DNA of 61,610 nucleotides, filler included, from Circinaria calcarea (Eukaryota): NCBI GenBank assembly GCA_051942165.1. It is 7 parts of 7 records of this genome, joined end to end, with 100 filler letters (N's around TTAATTAATTAA, not from the genome) between each part and the next. Parts side by side here need not be neighbours in the genome. Positions count along the whole stretch, not along the records: positions 52,901 to 61,610 come from JAVECS010001065.1; 6 more parts are not named here. One strand, 5' to 3'. Shown piece by piece: positions 59,705 to 61,610 of this stretch (position 1 is its first letter; each line of letters starts with the position of its first letter). The notes under the pieces were generated by a model. It saw only the letters and a program-made list of their open reading frames with translations, ran no database searches and was not told where the DNA came from. The position numbers and the translations under genes were made by a program.

Positions 59705-60418
59705 ATGGCACCCGCACGAGACAGCTCTGCAGAGGAAGGCCTGCTGCCGAAAGAATCCTGGGACAGCAAGAATAGTCTCGAACCCATTATCATTCAATCC
59801 TCGAAAAGATCCAGCGTCATGTACACGGCCATCTGTGTCCTCGCCGGCATGGCCTTCTCTCTCATCGTCCTCAGCGTAACCTCGAGTATTAAAATCCGGC
59901 AGCCTCTCCAGCCCACCCGTTTAAGTCTCCATGAACTCGGCCTCGACCCCGCGCTCAAGCCCGGCGAAGACCCCGTCGAGAACGGATATTGGTGCGGCAC
60001 GACCCCCGAAGAGGCCCGGACCAAGGGCTGCCAGTTCGACCTGGTCCTGTACTCCTGGGTACCACCGCCCTGCTACGACGCGGAGCTGCAACAGGCGTAC
60101 AAGGACGAGCGCGAGTCGGAGTGGTACCGCCATCGAGAGGGCCTGAATGGGGAAATGGTGCCGCAGGAGAGGGCGGCGTTGGGGATTGAGGAGGGGCTCT
60201 GGCTCTCGTGGGCGTATCATGACTATCATTGCCAGTTCATTTGGCGGATGATGACGCGAATCTTGCGGAATTCGAGCATGGGCGTGCCCGGACGGCTGCT
60301 GGAGTATTATCACACGGATCATTGCATCCATGTGCTCAAGGGGACGGAGCCGGGACCAGCGGTTGATATCAGTACCCTGGTTTCGCTGAATTACTCCACC
60401 TGCTACTCGCGGACTTGA
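59705..60418 (+). CDS. UstYa/DUF3328-like twin-HxxHC protein #2 (type II membrane anchor, 237 aa)
   Basis: ATG 59705; TM AICVLAGMAFSLIVLSV; CGTTPEEARTKGCQFD…WVPPPCYD; HDYHC (60218-60232) and HTDHC (60311-60325); paralog of 58235-58891 (D[L/I]STL[I/V]S…C terminus). Confidence 0.75.
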   Translation: MAPARDSSAEEGLLPKESWDSKNSLEPIIIQSSKRSSVMYTAICVLAGMAFSLIVLSVTSSIKIRQPLQPTRLSLHELGLDPALKPGEDPVENGYWCGTTPEEARTKGCQFDLVLYSWVPPPCYDAELQQAYKDERESEWYRHREGLNGEMVPQERAALGIEEGLWLSWAYHDYHCQFIWRMMTRILRNSSMGVPGRLLEYYHTDHCIHVLKGTEPGPAVDISTLVSLNYSTCYSRT

Positions 60419-61112
60419 GAGGGGGTCGGGTGGGGAGGTGTTGGCAGCACAATATTGAATAATGTTGTTTGGAATCCCATGCGGAAACGCGATGTTTGTA
60501 CATATGACTAGTCTGGTGTGAAGCAACTGGCGTATTGAATTCTATACAAATCCCCCCGTTAGCATAGCACACGCAAATCCACAGCCACTTCCTCCTTATA
60601 ACTCCATCCTCAAGCCAGATAAATTACCCTCGTCGAAAACACAAAAAAAGACACCTGCGAAGAAACCGGCTAGTCCCTTTCGGAAATAGGGGCTAACCAA
60701 TCACTAAGCGAGCGAAAAGAAATTTAAACGCGTTACGACGGAAGAGGGGGGAAAAAAGGCTTCGGATCTACCAGAAACGTGGCAGGAAGAGAGAGAGGAA
60801 GAAAAAGAGCAAAAGAGAAAGGGATAAAAGGAAAGAGGAAAAGAAAACTATACCGACGGAACGAGGAGACGATTCATCTCTCCGAATCGAGAATAGAATC
60901 AAGATACCTAACCATTCTTGGCCGGAGAAAGAATCTCGAGCGCTCCATGGTTCCTACAGATTTAGTTAAGAACTAGGTGCTAGCTAGCTTGATTAAGCAA
61001 GCTAGTTACTGAGTTAGAAACGCGAGCATGTTAAGACGATACATTTTAAACCTTAATTTAATTAAATAATATTGCGTATTTAATCACTTTATTATAATAC
61101 TAATATTAGGGC

Positions 61113-61204
61113 CTCTTTCGGGGGAGACCCCCGGAATCTCCCTTAGTATAGTAGACATAATACAGAGGTAATAGTAGGCTCTTTTTCGGGGGAGACCCCC
61201 GGAA
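61113..61204. repeat. direct repeat of a hairpin-forming motif TTCGGGGGAGACCCCCGGAA (2 copies)
   Basis: Copies at about 61117-61136 and 61185-61204 within AT-rich sequence. Confidence 0.8.
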
Positions 61205-61215
61205 CCCCCTTGAAT

Positions 61216-61309
61216 ATAATGATGGCAGCATAATAGTGGCAGCATAATAGTGACAGCATAATAGTGGCAGCATAATAGTGGCAGCATAGTAGTGACAGCA
61301 TAGTAGTGA
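61216..61309. repeat. 14-bp minisatellite (ATAATAGTGGCAGC), about 6.5 copies with G/A variants
   Basis: Read directly; embedded in TA-rich terminal sequence. Confidence 0.85.
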
Positions 61310-61610
61310 GTGGCAGTATATTAATGGACTCGGTGGTAATATAATAGTGAACTGGTAGCGAACTGAGTGACAGCGAACTAAGTGGCAGCGAGTTAGTAGT
61401 AAATACGCGAAGCTAATATCCTCGCTTTTTCAACCAATCCGAAGCTTTAAAGGAACCGGATACGGTGGCATGAATCGAGGTTAATGCAACATCAAAAATT
61501 TTTCTCGAAATTTTTTTTAGAAAACCAAAATCTCTTTACGATTTATATATATTAATTTTTATTATTTTTATTATAATAATTATTATAACAACAACGACAG
61601 CGTATATAAT

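Noticed and set aside
44676..60418. Kinase pair and RiPP cluster as one island
   Set aside because: Separated by an artificial spacer at 52801-52900; no evidence of linkage.
61216..61309. CRISPR-like or telomeric array
   Set aside because: No unique spacers, eukaryotic context and no TTAGGG; it is a simple minisatellite.

Overview
Intron-containing genomic DNA of a filamentous ascomycete (Pezizomycotina; the exact lineage cannot be fixed from sequence alone). It is not one continuous locus. Six 100-nt spacers (N44-TTAATTAATTAA-N44) join seven contigs of 8725, 8718, 8718, 8714, 8713, 8712 and 8710 nt, i.e. size-sorted contigs, so gene neighbourhood is meaningful only within a contig. Housekeeping or ordinary genes: CSC1/DUF221 channel (5' part), NOP15-like, YAF9, COQ11-like, SYF2, PRM1, two Pth11-like GPCRs, a SWIM zinc-finger protein and several hypotheticals. 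The standout is contig 7 (52901-61610), a candidate fungal RiPP (dikaritin-like) cluster. It holds a 120-aa secreted Kex2-type repeat precursor with ten NVG[V/I] cores lacking aromatic residues, two membrane-anchored twin-HxxHC (UstYa/DUF3328-like) proteins and two MFS transporters. A TCGGA motif recurs in all three promoter regions. Second is contig 6, with a head-to-head pair of a kinase-HeLo-like-pseudokinase gene (RIPK/MLKL-like architecture) and a kinase-ankyrin gene. Also present are a disrupted NACHT-ankyrin NLR and a 24-aa amphipathic repeat array inside NOP15. Domain calls come from motif recognition by eye; no database search was run.
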